From: Octopus sinensis
Lineage: Eukaryota
Assembly: GCF_006345805.1 (NCBI RefSeq)
Contig: NC_043002.1
Location: 88,908,001 to 88,972,000, forward strand
DNA length: 64,000 nt
Direction: 5' to 3'
A program made the translations under genes and the position numbers. Under the pieces are notes generated by a model. It did not search any database. It saw only the letters and a list, made by a program, of their open reading frames with translations, and was not told the origin of the DNA. Below, piece by piece: positions 24,696-37,885 of the stretch. The stretch's first letter is position 1. Every line of letters begins with the position of its first letter.

Positions 24696-26359
24696 GTTGG
24701 TAAAAAAGTGGGAAGAGAGGGGATTTAGTCAAATTAATCAAAGCTTGTACATGAAAGGTAAAAATCACGCCAAGAGAGACCTGAAAGCTTAATCCATTGC
24801 TTTACCAAACAACTTTCACTTAAAAGTTGAAAGGTTAGTTTTAGAATTTATTTTGAGGAAATGTGTGTCTAGAGAACCATTCTTTTAGCTGATTTTAAGG
24901 AAGGAAAGGGATGATTGTGATTCAGTATGATAAATTAAGAGATGATTAAACTAATTAATCCCTTTACACAACAGTTAATGATTAACTGATGTAGATTGTG
25001 GAAACTAGACTACACTCTTCCCAAAATCTAATAAATAAATAAACATATATATATAGAGAGAGAGGAGGGGAGGGAGGAGTATGTATAAACATTTTTTTCA
25101 TTTTTCTCATAGAATTGAACAATGCCAGTTGAGAGAATTGATAACAATATTCAAAACAGATGTGTATATATTCCTGATATTATTTGATGATAATACACAG
25201 CCTGAACACATGTTTATATATTCAAGATAATGGTAACACTATTGAATTTATTCCTACTCATCAGCATTTGAAATATTGTATAGAGACCTGTCTCTGATGA
25301 TACTTTCATATAACAGATACACTTGTTTCTTAAGTTAGTAGTCTACTAACACATTTTCTAACAGAAACAATCTACATCTCTTACATTCCATGTAACTCGT
25401 GTAAGGTAACTGAACTCAACTAGCACTAACTTTGAAAAATGTTGTTCACTGACTTTTGTCTAGGATGTCTAGCTTTTTGTAAAGTTCTAGCTTTTTATCA
25501 AGTTCATTTGCTCATTTTACATTCATATTCTATGCCAGCATAGTTTTGACAAATACTTATTTTGTGGCTGAATGCTGTTCATGTTGCCAACTCATACCTA
25601 CTTTTCAAATAATGGAACACTTTTTTTCAGTTAAACTTTGAACCAAATATACAGAAAAATTCAACAAACACATGATGGATTCAGCAAGCTGGATGTATGT
25701 GCTGCCTTCAGAACAGTTTGATCTCTTAGCTCCATGCCACAGAAGCCTCTGAACAATCACGGCAATTAACCAACCAACTACTATTTCATTCTCAAATTAC
25801 CAATAAAATATTGTTAACAACTTGATAATAGCTAAAAAGAATAAATGGATAGATAAGGAATAAAAATAATAGTCAAGGGATCATACACCCATAGCCTTCA
25901 AGGCCATTAATCTATTGAACATTTGATAATTTTAACATGGTTAACTTTTAAATGAGGATATAAGTATTGTATGAAGAGTATGGAATGGGGGGAAGTATTG
26001 AAACATATGCACATACACACATACACAGACCAGTATTTGATTAAGTTAGAGTTTATAAATGGTAAATCATTATTCACTGAATTTGTTCAAATGAGGTTTC
26101 CCCAGCAAGATATAGAAAATTACAACAAAGAGACCAGTTTATTGTTTTAAAGTAGAACTTCAAAGAATACAATCAATAACTAATAGTTAAGATGGTGGCA
26201 GTGGTGATGCTGGTGGTAGTGGGGGAAAAACAAATTCTGCAGCAGACAATGTTCAAAGGAGTAGAAGGATGAGAAGAAGAAGCAGGAGCAGGAGGATGTG
26301 GTGTTTGCAAGAGCTGGCTTCATTTTGAAGCAACTATCTCAGAGCAGCTTGTATTCATG

Positions 26360-27260
26360 TGTACATTTCCATGTACACATGGATACATGTGTGTAAGGAT
26401 ATGTGTATGTATAAGAAGAAATGAGAGGTTATGAAAGCTGTGCTTAAGTATAGGGGAATGTGTAGATGTACAGGAACATGTGTATGTGCAATTTTGGCTA
26501 TACGAATACACGCGACTATATGTGTATAGAGGAATGTATGTATATACTAGAATCTATGATGTGTGTGTGAGAGTATGCAGAGAAGACTGAGTGTGTATAG
26601 CACATGTATGCATAAAGGAGAATGCATGCATACAAGAAAATGTGCATGTGTATAAGTAAATACATGTATATAGAGAGATTGTGTGTGTATATAGGAGAAA
26701 GTGTGGGTGTAGAGAATTATATATGTTTGTGTGTCTGTGTGTTTGTATGTATGTGTATATATACATGTGTGTATGTGTGTGTGTGTGTGTGTGTGTAAGG
26801 ATGTGTGTACTTGTGTAAGATCCCAAGTTTACTAGTGTGTCAAAGAAAGAGTACATGTCCGTGCTTATGTTTGATGAGGGGGTGAATTTAGGTGGGTGGA
26901 TTTGTGTGTGTGTGTGTATGCATGTTGGTAGGTATGTATGTTTGTGTGTTTATATGTATGTATGTTTAGGTAGCTGTGTGCATTCATGTGTTTACATACA
27001 TCTAGTTGGGCATGCACGTGTCTCCGCATCTCTAGGCAGGGGATGTGCATGCATATATTTAGGTAGATGGGTATGTGCATGCGCACATGATTAGGTGAGC
27101 TGATAGTGGGGTGCATGCAGTGATGTTTGTGCATGTGCATGTATGCAGTTAGGTTTATGTTCAAGTCTGTGTTTAGGTTGTGTGTGTGTGGAAGTATGAA
27201 TGAATGATTGTGTGTGTGTGTATGTGTGTGTGCACTCACGTGCGTACACATGCACCCTTG
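26360..27260. repeat. Degenerate (GT)/(GTAT)-rich low-complexity tract
   Basis: Direct reading; source of several spurious His/Thr and Cys/Val ORFs. Confidence 0.85.
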
Positions 27261-28377
27261 CAGTAACAGTAAATATGGACACATTTCGAAGACAAGCAGA
27301 AAATATTTTAAGCAAATATTTGTGTTTTATGATTGAGTAGATACATATAATATACACAAACATGCATCCCCACCCCATCAAATCATAGCTTCTTTATCCA
27401 TAGTATGGGTCTACAAATCCTTCACATAAATCATACATTTTATTAATACATTTATTCACATAAATCATCCACTCATTGCCGATTTTATGGATTTATAAAC
27501 CCACTATATAAATCATACATACACTGGTTAATATTTACAGGCAGCAAATTGGCAGAATCATTAGAATGCCTTTGCAGCACGTGTTCTGACACTTGGGGCT
27601 CTGAGTTCAAATCCTGTCAAGGTCAACTTTGCCTTTCATAAACAGACAGACAGACTGACAAATATAGATACATCAACATTTTATGTCCAATTTCCATGCT
27701 GGCATAGGCTGGACAGGTTGCCACTGTCTGAGACAGCACATATTCAGAAGTGTTGGTCACCTAGATGGATCAGAAGACTACAACACATGCATTTCCTATT
27801 TAGCTTCCTTTCTATGGCTAGGTTCCCTTCTTGACACCAGCCCCATTACAGAGTGAACTGGGTAGTTTTTTTCCTCTGCACACCAACCAGCACTAGTGAG
27901 GTTGTCATGTCCTCAACATAACTAAAGGCTCTTTACAGAGTATATTAAGCCATTTTTTTTTCTATGACACAAGCACTAAAGAGGCAACCAAGTCCTTGAC
28001 AAGACAAAGGATCTTCCTGGCCCCATGTCTATGCTCACTCAGAAACTATTTTACAGAGTGTTCTGCGTGGATTTTTAGTGTCACCAATAATAGTGGAAAT
28101 GTTATGTACACTGAAAATTCTGAATCCTTAAAATTCTGTAAAAACAGGGGGAGAATAATGTGGTGGTGAAAGAGGAGGAGAGACTTACAGTAATAGAATT
28201 GGATAAATGATGGACATTGATAGTAGGTGGTCCAGAAAGGGTAACAAGTGTATGAGGGGCAATGGATAAGTGAGACAACTAGGGTGATAGGGGTAAGTGA
28301 GAAGCATGAGTGAAAGAAGCATAGATACACTACCCCACACACTTACACACAAATATTATTTCTATTATCACTATTTG

Positions 28378-29045
28378 AAAAGCAGTGAGCCAATAGAATG
28401 GTAAGCATGCCAGGCAAAATCCTTAGAGGCATTTCATCTATCTTTACATTCTGAATTCAAATTCTGCTGAGGTCAACTTTGTCTTTCGTCCTTTCAGGGT
28501 TGATAAAATAAGGACCAGTTGAGTACTGGGGTTGGTGTAATCAACTTAACTCCCTCCCCACAATTTCAGGCCTTGTGCTAAAATTTGCAACCATTATTAT
28601 TAAAGTGGCAAGCCGGCTGAATAGGTCACGTGTTGACAAAACGCCTAATGCTATTTCTTTCAGCTCTTTACATTCAGAGTTCAAAATCTACCAAGATCAA
28701 CTTTGTGGTACATCTTTATGGCGTTGATAAAGTACCAGCCAAACACTGGAGTAGTTGTAATTGGCTTTCCTCCCTCTCCTAAAATTGCTAGCTTTGTGCC
28801 AAAAGTTGAAACAAATATTATTTTTATTACTACTACTACTACTACTACTACTACAACTATTATTACCATTAAAGTTGACCACAACATGATTTAAACTCAG
28901 AATGTATTTGGCTCTTTGTGCTGAGTTCAGATCAATTTTGCTTTCATCCTTTTGAAGTCAATAAAACGAAGTACTTGCCAACTACTGGTGTTGACTAAAC
29001 ACCTTTCCTTCCTTCAAACCTACTGGCCTTGTGCCGAGATTAGAA
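28378..29045 (+). mobile_element. Three head-to-tail old C2 SINEs
   Basis: Repeated heads at about 28380, 28602 and 28905; (ATT)/(ACT)n tail at 28817-28865. Confidence 0.7.
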
Positions 29046-29097
29046 ACTGCTGTCATCACTGTTGCCACCACCAGCATCATCATTATGATTGATATCC

Positions 29098-29510
29098 AAG
29101 CATGGCTGTGCGGTAAGAAATTTGCTTCCTGACCACACAGTTCCAAGTTCAGTTTCTTGAGCAACTGTCTTCTACTATAGCCTTGGGCTGAATAAAGCCT
29201 TGTGAGTGGTTTTGTAGCAGAAACAAAAAGAGGCCCGCCATGTGTGTATGTGTGTGTGTGTGTACGCACGCATGTGTTTATGTCTCTTTGTCTTGACACT
29301 GCAGGATAACTGTAAAATGATTGTCACCGTCAGACAAGCAGTGTTGTTCCTTTCCAATATTCTGCAAGACTATGTCTAGCTATGGGGAAATGTTATTTTC
29401 CTGGGAAAAAAAGTGGTGACAGAAAGGGCATCCAGCCAGACAAAATCTGCCTCAAGTAAACCCTGTCCAACTCATGCAAGCATGAAAGGGTGAAAGTTAA
29501 ATGATGATGT
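29098..29510 (+). mobile_element. Old SINE A 5' half followed by old B2 copy
   Basis: CATGGCTGTGCGGTAAG head; GAAAGGGCATCCAGCC...CATGCAAGCATG tail. Confidence 0.65.
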
Positions 29511-30465
29511 GTTTGTTAGTCGAAACAGTTCATTTTCATATTGAATAAGCTACTCAATCACTCGGCAAATAGAGTTTTATAAATATATATATATTAGCTT
29601 TACAATTTTATATATGTTTTGACCATTATGGTTAGGCCATAAAGGTTGCAACAGATTTATAAAACTAACCTAATTATTAATAAAGAAATAAACCATACAT
29701 TTATGCACATATATAAACATATGTAAATACTAGCTAACATCCATCCTTGTATGGTCTATGCACGTATGTGTATGTTTACATACATACATGCATACATACA
29801 CTACACACACACAATCACACACCATACATTATTCATTATATAATGCACTGAAACAGACAGTTATATAATTTTTTACACCAATAAGAATATGCAGATATTT
29901 TTGTATATAATACTTACTGAAGCATGTCAAGCATTGGTAAAACACAAAAATGAATACAAATGTATATACTCACACACATACATACATACATACATACATA
30001 CATACATACAGAGATTCACACACACTTTTTAAACAGCATGAAATTAACAGTTGTAGCAACATTGCAATAAACAGCCGTGCATACACTGTAACGTAAGCAC
30101 TCATATGCATGTGAGCAAATACACAAAAGACACCATCTGCTTCAACATATATCATGCTTTAATTTATACACACACACACATTTACAGTAACACCAGTATA
30201 TATTGTAAAGCTTCTGTTAATGCATAAACACACACAAAAGTATACAGGCACTTCAAATGAATTAAATTCACTCACAATCACCATATATATATACATTATA
30301 TAGAGGGCATTTATGTGTAAAAATGCCCTCTATATAATATAAATAAATATATTTAAGTAAAAACATTGATGGATTTTTTTCTCTTATGAGGTTTCTCACG
30401 CTAACTACTTGATAAATTCTTATGAAAATTTTATCATATTTTTAAATATATATATATATATATAT

Positions 30466-30613
30466 AGGAAGGGCATCCAGCCGTAGAAACACTGCCAGAT
30501 CTGACTGGGCCTGACGAAGCCTTCCAGCTTCACAGACCCCAGTTGACCCGTCCAACCCATGCTAGCATGGAAAGCGGACGCTAAACGATGATGATGATGA
30601 TGATGATGATGAT
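30466..30613 (+). mobile_element. 5'-truncated family B copy inserted in (AT)n
   Basis: AGGAAGGGCATCCAGCC...CCATGCTAGCATGG...(GAT)n. Confidence 0.9.
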
Positions 30614-31424
30614 ATATTACATTATAACTGAAAGGCTCTAGTACTCAGAGTTAATCATTTCCAAGCCTTGTTTTTATGTTCTGTTTAAAATTCAAACTTT
30701 CACTTCATATTTCAAAAAATATTCACGACAGCTCAGTTTAGCAGCTGATGATTGGAAATGAGTAACTCTAAGTGTTGGAAATCAAAACCTTTCAGTTATA
30801 ATGTATAAAAGAATACTCTGCATTTGTACCGAGTCCTGTAATTTATCTCTATATAATTTTACCAACTGTCACTGAAATTTTTACCAAACATTCTTTAAAT
30901 AACCCAAACTTCTTGAAATGCCTAGATAGTGTTCCTGTATCAAGGGCCCCAGTTATGGGTTAAATAACAGACGACGGTCCATTGACTAAAGTGTACAGGA
31001 TGCAGAAAAGAGATGGCTTCTAAGCAATGCTCTATCACATTAACCAATACCTCTGCCTAAAGGTTAAATAGGCTCAGTGACTCAAGGGTAATCTTGGAAA
31101 AGTAGGAGACTAGCAAATTAAACTGGTGGTGAGAAACAGAAGGTAATGGGAAACTACTGCTATACTTTTTCTAAAAAACAATCCAGAATCTTCAGACTTT
31201 GGCATTAAAGTTCATGATTACCAATGTCTGTATGCATGGCACCTGAATAGAAGGGATAGTGTATATTTGCTTTTAGAAACAGGAATATTCAGCAACCAAA
31301 ACAGCTTGCAATGCCCAGATGTTGGTTTTTATATAATTTTCCTAACTATCACTGATATTTTGATCAAACAAATATTTTATTTCAAGCCAAAAGTATTTGT
31401 AATGCCTCAATGGTATCTCTAAAT

Positions 31425-32084
31425 CAGTGTTTCTCAACCATTTTTTTTATCTATGGACTCCTTTGATTCCTATATTACTTATGTAGACCCTCATAGCCAT
31501 TTGATGTTTAAAAAAATCCCATTATATTTCCATATTTAAATATTAGGATCTTTTCAGTTTGCACAGCAGTTTTTTCTAGCGGTGTCATGAAATTGTCACC
31601 CATAATTATGACCCTAGTATCGATCTATTGCATTTCAATCTGTTTTAGGGTTAGGGGGGAAGGGTATCTTTTTTTTCTTCACAAATGTAAATAAACCCAA
31701 TCTGTTTCTTAAACGAAGGACATATTCATGCAGCACAGAATGTTTTTACCTCAATAGACGTCAGTGATTGGTTGAAATTGAAGAAAAAGAACAACAAATA
31801 TCTTACAAACTATAGAATTTTCTCAAAAAAGCCAAGAGAAAAAGATGTTTTATAAACACATTCTATCAGTATACGAAGTTTAAAATTTTTTAGTTACCTA
31901 GAAATTATGTTAAAAACTGCCGTTCAAACCGAAAAGATCCAAATATTATAAGGAATTTTATTAAAAAATTGTTAAAATATTTTGCATATTGTTAATGTAT
32001 AAGCAGTTTATTACACAGAAATTTTAACAACAAAATTTTATATAGACCTCCAAAGGTCATATGGACACCAGTTGAGAACCCCTG
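31425..32084. mobile_element. hAT (Charlie-like) MITE carrying a nested element
   Basis: TIR CAGTGTTTCTCAAC vs CAGGGGTTCTCAAC (12/14); perfect 8-bp TSD CTCTAAAT at 31417-31424 and 32085-32092. Confidence 0.88.
31546..31940. mobile_element. Merlin-like MITE, second copy, nested in hAT MITE
   Basis: GGATCTTTTC...GAAAAGATCC termini; perfect 8-bp TSD AAATATTA at 31538-31545 and 31941-31948. Confidence 0.9.
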
Positions 32085-32114
32085 CTCTAAATAATTTTAC
32101 TAGATATCCTTTCT

Positions 32115-32256
32115 ACAATAAGCACAAAGCCTGAAATTAAGTGGGGAGTGTGATAGTTGATTTCATTGCCCTTAGTACTTGACTTGCACTGATTTTATCA
32201 ACCCTGAAAGAATGAAAGGTAAAGTTGATCTCAGCAGAATTTGAACTCAGAACATA
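32115..32256 (-). mobile_element. Old C2 SINE fragment
   Basis: GAAAGGTAAAGTTGATCTCAGCAGAATTTGAACTCAGAAC. Confidence 0.75.
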
Positions 32257-33126
32257 AATGTCACTGCAATATTAACCAAACATTTTCTATGTAACCAAAA
32301 CTACTTGCAGTGCTTAGATGATAGTGTCTATATAATTTTATCGACTGTCACTAAAACTTTGACCTTGTGTAGGTGTATTTGCAAACAGAGAGTCGACAAC
32401 AAAAACTGCTTTATCACATATTACTTCCTAGGATAGCTGAGGAAAAACATTCTACCCTGTATTTTTTTTTTTATAAATAGTCTCAGATAAGGCATGTAAC
32501 ATGTCTATTATATTTATAAATGTAAAATAAAAGAAAATACAAAGTTAAAACATTTTGGCATAACTTCTGAAAACTGAAAGTGTGGCCGCCAGAACATATA
32601 GCATACAAAACTAAGTACAGGTGTATTTAGAAACTGGCAGAGATAAAATAAAGATAGGGTAGGGGAAGGGGAAAAGAGGTTAAGATATAGGAAAACCAAC
32701 AACAAAAGAAAGCAGGTACATAAATAAATTTGGTGATTTAGGTAAAATAATAGGTAGCTAGGTCAACAGAATACAGTGGAAATTAGTTACTGAATAAAAT
32801 AAAACTGTTAAGAATTTTGGTGTTGATGGAGTGCCAAGGAATCTCACCAAGGCACAACACATCAAGCACAGTAGAAATAAGCATTACATTTATGGTACAG
32901 AATTGTCCAGACTGGTATGTCTTAGTTTATTTTCATCTGATAATACATTGGTAAAAGGTAAAGGCATTTACCTGACTACCTTAGCCATTGGTTCTTGTAT
33001 GTCAATAAATACTATTGAATAGCATGGATCAGTCACTATTGTGCATGCACACATTCACGCAAACTTATTCATGTAATGTGTCAAGAAACACGAAACTTTA
33101 CTATCATGTTAGAGATTCCTAAGTAC

Positions 33127-33127
<1 letters not shown>

Positions 33128-33181
<54 letters not shown>

Positions 33182-33400
33182 GAGAGAAAGAATGAGCATG
33201 TGAGTGTGAAGGAGAAAGAGCGAATGAGTATGTGTGGGTGAAAGTATGCATGTGTGTATGCATATGTGTATGAGAGAGAGGGAATAAATGTATATGAGAG
33301 AGAGAGAGAAAGAGAAAGAATGAATGCATACGAGATACAGAATGTGCATGTATGAGTGAGTGTGTGTGTGTGTGTGTGCATACATGTGTATGTGTACGTG
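33128..33400. repeat. Compound (GT)n/(GA)n/(GTAT)n tract
   Basis: Direct reading. Confidence 0.9.
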
Positions 33401-33751
33401 CATGGAAGTGGAATTGACTAGAGATATAGAGGAAAAAATTACATCCAATTTTTTCACGTCTTTAGCTGTTATATTTCAAAATTCTGTGACGAACAGCTAG
33501 AGATAAAAGATATTTTGGAAGTATTTAGCTCTAAATGTTTAAATATTTTGTATGTAATCCTAACATTTTTACTCAACAGTAATTACAGAATAAATTGTTT
33601 TAACCTACCCAATCACTACCATTAAAGATGTTGATGCAGCAGTAAAAAAAAAAAAAAAAAATCAGCATATTTCATCATAACCCTGAAACTAATGTCCAGT
33701 GAGTGACCTTTAAAGATTTTCTATAATTTTGCTTGCTATATTAGAAAATGT

Positions 33752-34027
33752 GAAAGCACATAGTCAAGTAATTTAGAGTGTTGGGCTCATAATCAATAGG
33801 TAGTGGTTCAATTCTTGAACCTGGTCTTGCATTGTTTTCTTGAGCTAGGTGCTTCATTTTATGTTGCTTCAATAAACTTACCAAAAATGAGTGCCAGTTA
33901 CATCTGGGGGCTAACCCTGCAATAGATTGGCATTCTGCTGAAGAGGTGTCTTATATTCTCAGCTTAAATACTTTCAAAATCTGGATAAGCTCCAATCTCA
34001 TGGGCCTCCAGGCCCGGAGCAGACTTA
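33752..34027 (+). mobile_element. Very old tRNA-head/CORE-like SINE with distinct tail
   Basis: Degenerate B box GGTTCAATTC, AAAAATGAGTGCCAG core, tail GCTAACCCTGCAATAGATTGGCAT...GGATAAGCTCC...GCAGACTT. Confidence 0.55.
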
Positions 34028-34584
34028 TTAGAAAATGATTTCAAAACAAACCAAGCAGAGATGTTATATGACATGAAAACATTTAATTTTTTTAAAATGA
34101 TATTAACACTAAATAACTGCTAGATTACACTATCAAGTATTTAACTCACAGATTTTGGGAAATGGTCGTGGGAGTGGGAAAATACTGACAATTTTTTTAT
34201 TTTTTTACATGTGTGTATGCTCTATGAAACAATTCACTGTTGTCTGGCAAATACTTTGAATTAATGGTAAATTCTTCTCTTAACATTTACAGGTTTATTA
34301 TGCTATTTTGTTGAAAAAATAGACATCATATCATCATTTTATCTTTTACTCTTTGTTGCCATCATAGTTTACACAATAAGCCAAGACTTCCAAAGTCATA
34401 AGATTTAGTAGACATAAAAAAATTATTAACAATAGAATAAATAGGATTAACTTTTGACTTCTGTTACAGTTTTTATAAATTTGACAAAATATTCCTTAAT
34501 TTGTCAAAATATTCCTTTACAAAAAAGAAAAAGTTAAGAGTTATGAGGATAGTGTAGTTCTATTGAAAATTAGAATGGTCAATA

Positions 34585-34802
34585 AAATATTGATTTAAAA
34601 TTTTGGCACAAGGCCAGTAATTTCGGGGGTGGGTGGCAAGTCGATTGCATTGACCCCAGTACTCAATTGGTATTTTATTGCCCCCAAAAGGACAAAAGGC
34701 AAAGTTGACCTCAGCAGAATTTGAACTCAGAATATATAAAGATGGACAAAATGCCATTTGACACTTTGCCCGGCATGCTAACAATTTAGCCAGCTTGCTA
34801 GC
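34585..34802 (-). mobile_element. Old C2 SINE
   Basis: AAAGGCAAAGTTGACCTCAGCAGAATTTGAACTCAG; head GCCCGGCATGCTAAC. Confidence 0.8.
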
Positions 34803-36790
34803 TTAATGATCAATAAAATATCAAGATAAATAACAAAACAATCAATCCATTGAGACCAAATTGTTAAGTTCAGTCTCTTGGATTGATTATGTTAATATCA
34901 ATCAATGTAATAACAATGTTTGACCTAACTTGGTAAAGATTCAAAGGATGTTATTAATATTGCTACTGTTGAGGCAATCATCAAGCAGAAATATCTAAAA
35001 ATCGATAACCACTGTTGGTCACCAAGGAAACTAGTTCAAAGAAGTAAAGTGAAAATTGATTATAATGAAAAATACATTAGCCATAGTGAAATGCAGGTGA
35101 TATTAACATATTGTAAGTATAGGACTTGTCATGATGGGTCAATAGTCTTAAATACAGTGTGAGATTTTGACAATGGAAAGCCAAAGTGTCACACATATAC
35201 ATCATGCACAGTAAAGAAAAAGAAAAACAAGATTTTTTTTGGTACAGAACTGTCTAGATATATTTCTAATTATATCTTCGTCTGGCAATGTATTGGTAAA
35301 AGGTAAAGACATTTACCTGGCCACCTTGGTTATGTGTGCTTGTTTATCAATAGACTTTAGTAGATAGCAAAAACTACCATTGCATTCACATGCACACTAA
35401 ACATGACTTTATGCTAACAAAGGTTATACTGTCATTGGTAATAGCATTGGCAGCACAGATCACTAAAAGTGCTTAGAGGACATCTACCCTTGTTTGCAAC
35501 AAGGACATTTACATATATGTCCCTGTTGCAGCTGCATGGTATGTGTAACAGAAATGCTATGACATCTTGAAAATGCTTGGTAATGATGTAGAAAATTTAT
35601 TACATACATTACTGATCTCAGGGATCAACTTAGCTTAAGTCAGCTAAGATGGCATCAGTTACAAATTGTGAGAGCATGAATATGCAATGAGGCTGACTGA
35701 TGAAAAACTGATGAAGTGTTGTCAGTTTGAGTGGATGGAAGTTAAAAAAAAAACTCCAGCATAGAATGATATAGTTAGAGTGAAAGATACAGAACAAAAA
35801 AAAAATGTGTAAGGCAATTTAATACACCTCCTTCGATCATGTGTTATTTCAAATGTGGCTGGTTGCCTACTAGACACGAAACTAAAACAACTCACAAAAG
35901 AAGGATTGGAGTGAAACATTCAGAAAAGAAGAAAATATGAATGAGAGTCCATGACCATATCCATTGTTCTAGTCTGATTACAATTGTTTAGTAAAAACAT
36001 ATGATCAAACCAATATTCATCCAACTTCAGTTTTTTTTTTTAAATGCTTTCTGCATGTATTCTTTTAAATACATTGTTTACTTCTTTGCCCTTTGATGAC
36101 ATTCATCATGTATTTATCTTGTTAATGTTATTTCATTGTTGTAATTTTATATTGATGTTGTTCCTACAATCAAAAATTAATATATATATCTTCGAAAATA
36201 AATGAAAATGCTGTTGGACCATTATCAATCAACAATAGCGTGGAGTCATATCATTAAATGTAGTCCTATAAAAATAATGTATATACATGAATGTGTAGAC
36301 ACTGTTATTTTCTGCTGGAATGAATCCAGCATGTCAGAATTTTTTTTTTTTTTACATAAAACAGTTCAAATGAGATTAAGATGAATATATTCTATTTAAT
36401 TAATATAGCTAAAAAAAGAAAATGAGAAACTAAACTAAAAAGACTTTAAATATGCTTTAAGGTTTATCTGTATAGATTCCAGTAGCTGTAACCTTATGTT
36501 GTTCTGGACCTAAGAGTTCTTTCAGTTAAAGCTTTTATGGTGTTTTCTTTTATGAAAATGGCAGGAAAGTATCCCCCTGAACAAATAAGCTTTACGCTGT
36601 GTATGAACCAACTTCCCTTTTTGATTAAGATACAGTAACTGTAGTAATATGATATAAAGTACATGACCAGGCATTCAGGCTCTTGTAGTTGAACATCATA
36701 ACACAATCATAACACAATGTTGCTTCAAAGATATTTGGAGACAGGCAGACAAAAATAAACAAAAAAAGCAGACAAGTGTATATAACTCAC

Positions 36791-36832
36791 CTCCACAACA
36801 GCGGGAGGTTGCTTGGGATTTTCCAGCATTTT
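36791..36832 (-). CDS. Candidate 42-nt internal exon of an unidentified host gene (phase 0: KMLENPKQPPAVVE)
   Basis: About 30-nt polypyrimidine tract plus CAG| acceptor, consensus donor GAG|GTGAGT, length divisible by 3, all three frames open, not in a recognisable repeat. Confidence 0.5.
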
Positions 36833-37169
36833 CTGAAGAAGAGAAAGAAAAAAAGAAGATAAAAAATGTAATAAACATTACTAAATAAACAATGATAAAT
36901 TATAAGCAAATACAAGACAAGAAATAAATATTCCTAGAAAGAGAAAGGAAATAGCATCATTACTATAATATTAACAAAATAAACCTGAAACTTAAATTAA
37001 CAATAAAGTTTGTATCAATATAATTATCTTTTTTTTTATGTTCTTTAAAATTTTTGCAATAATATAAATCATACATGTGCTGCTGTCACAAAAAGTAAAC
37101 TTTAGAATCAGAAACTTATCAATTGATTTAATCTACTGTGTGTGTAGCCGTTGTCTGTGCAACATCTAT

Positions 37170-37560
37170 ATTCTTCCCTATACCTGTGAAATCTTGTATC
37201 CCTGCCATAAGGCTTTACTTTCACACATGCCAACTTAATTTAATTCATCCTTAGTTGAAAGACACCTGTTGTTATGTCCTGTTATTTGTATTTGTGTAAC
37301 TTTCTCTGTTTTTTTCCGTCCTTGTTTTCATATATAATCACTTTCTTCCAAGGAATCTAATGCTCTTAAGTTAGTTTTTCCTTGGGGCTGGCCAGATTGG
37401 AGCAATCTCAAGTATAACCAGCCAAAATTGCAAAGATAATCTGGAACTCAACTGAGGAAAGAAAACTCCGAATGACCCGTCCTTGTTTTCTTAGTATTGT
37501 GTATCTGGATGTTTTGTTGTCCCTTTTTTGTTTCACCTGTCTGGATATTTTGCGTTCTTG
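37170..37560. mobile_element. Unclassified interspersed repeat (possibly Penelope-like terminus)
   Basis: Block CCTTGGGGCTGGCCAGATTGGAGCAATCTC...CTGAGGAAAGAAAACTCCGAATG recalled as an octopus repeat; only one copy here. Confidence 0.35.
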
Positions 37561-37580
37561 TCCCATTTTGTATTATATAT

Positions 37581-37885
37581 ATCATCATCATCGTCGTTGT
37601 TTAATGTCTGCTTTCCATGCTAGCATGGGTTGGACAGTTTGACTGTGGGCTGGCGAACCAGATGGCTGCACCAAGCTCCAGTCTTGATCTGGCAGAGTTT
37701 CTATGGCTGGATGCCCTACCTAACGCCAACCACTCCGAGAGTGTAGTGGGTGCTTTTACATGCCACCGGCACAGGGGCCAGTCAGGCGGTACTGGCAATG
37801 ACCTCGATCGAATCTTTACATATGCCAACAGCACAGGTGCCAGTAAGGCGATGCTGGTAACGATCCGGCTCGAATGGTGGTTAAA
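37581..37885 (-). mobile_element. SINE-like family B
   Basis: (ATC)n tail, CCATGCTAGCATGG, two to three modules. Confidence 0.88.

Noticed and set aside
25598-25748. Candidate minus-strand exon with AG|GTATGA donor
   Set aside because: In-frame TGA before the donor and a weak acceptor
37440-37495. Hammerhead-like core CTGAGGA...CCGAAT...GTC in a possible Penelope-type repeat
   Set aside because: GAAT instead of GAAA, no G10.1-C11.1 pair, and stem I is out of register by one base
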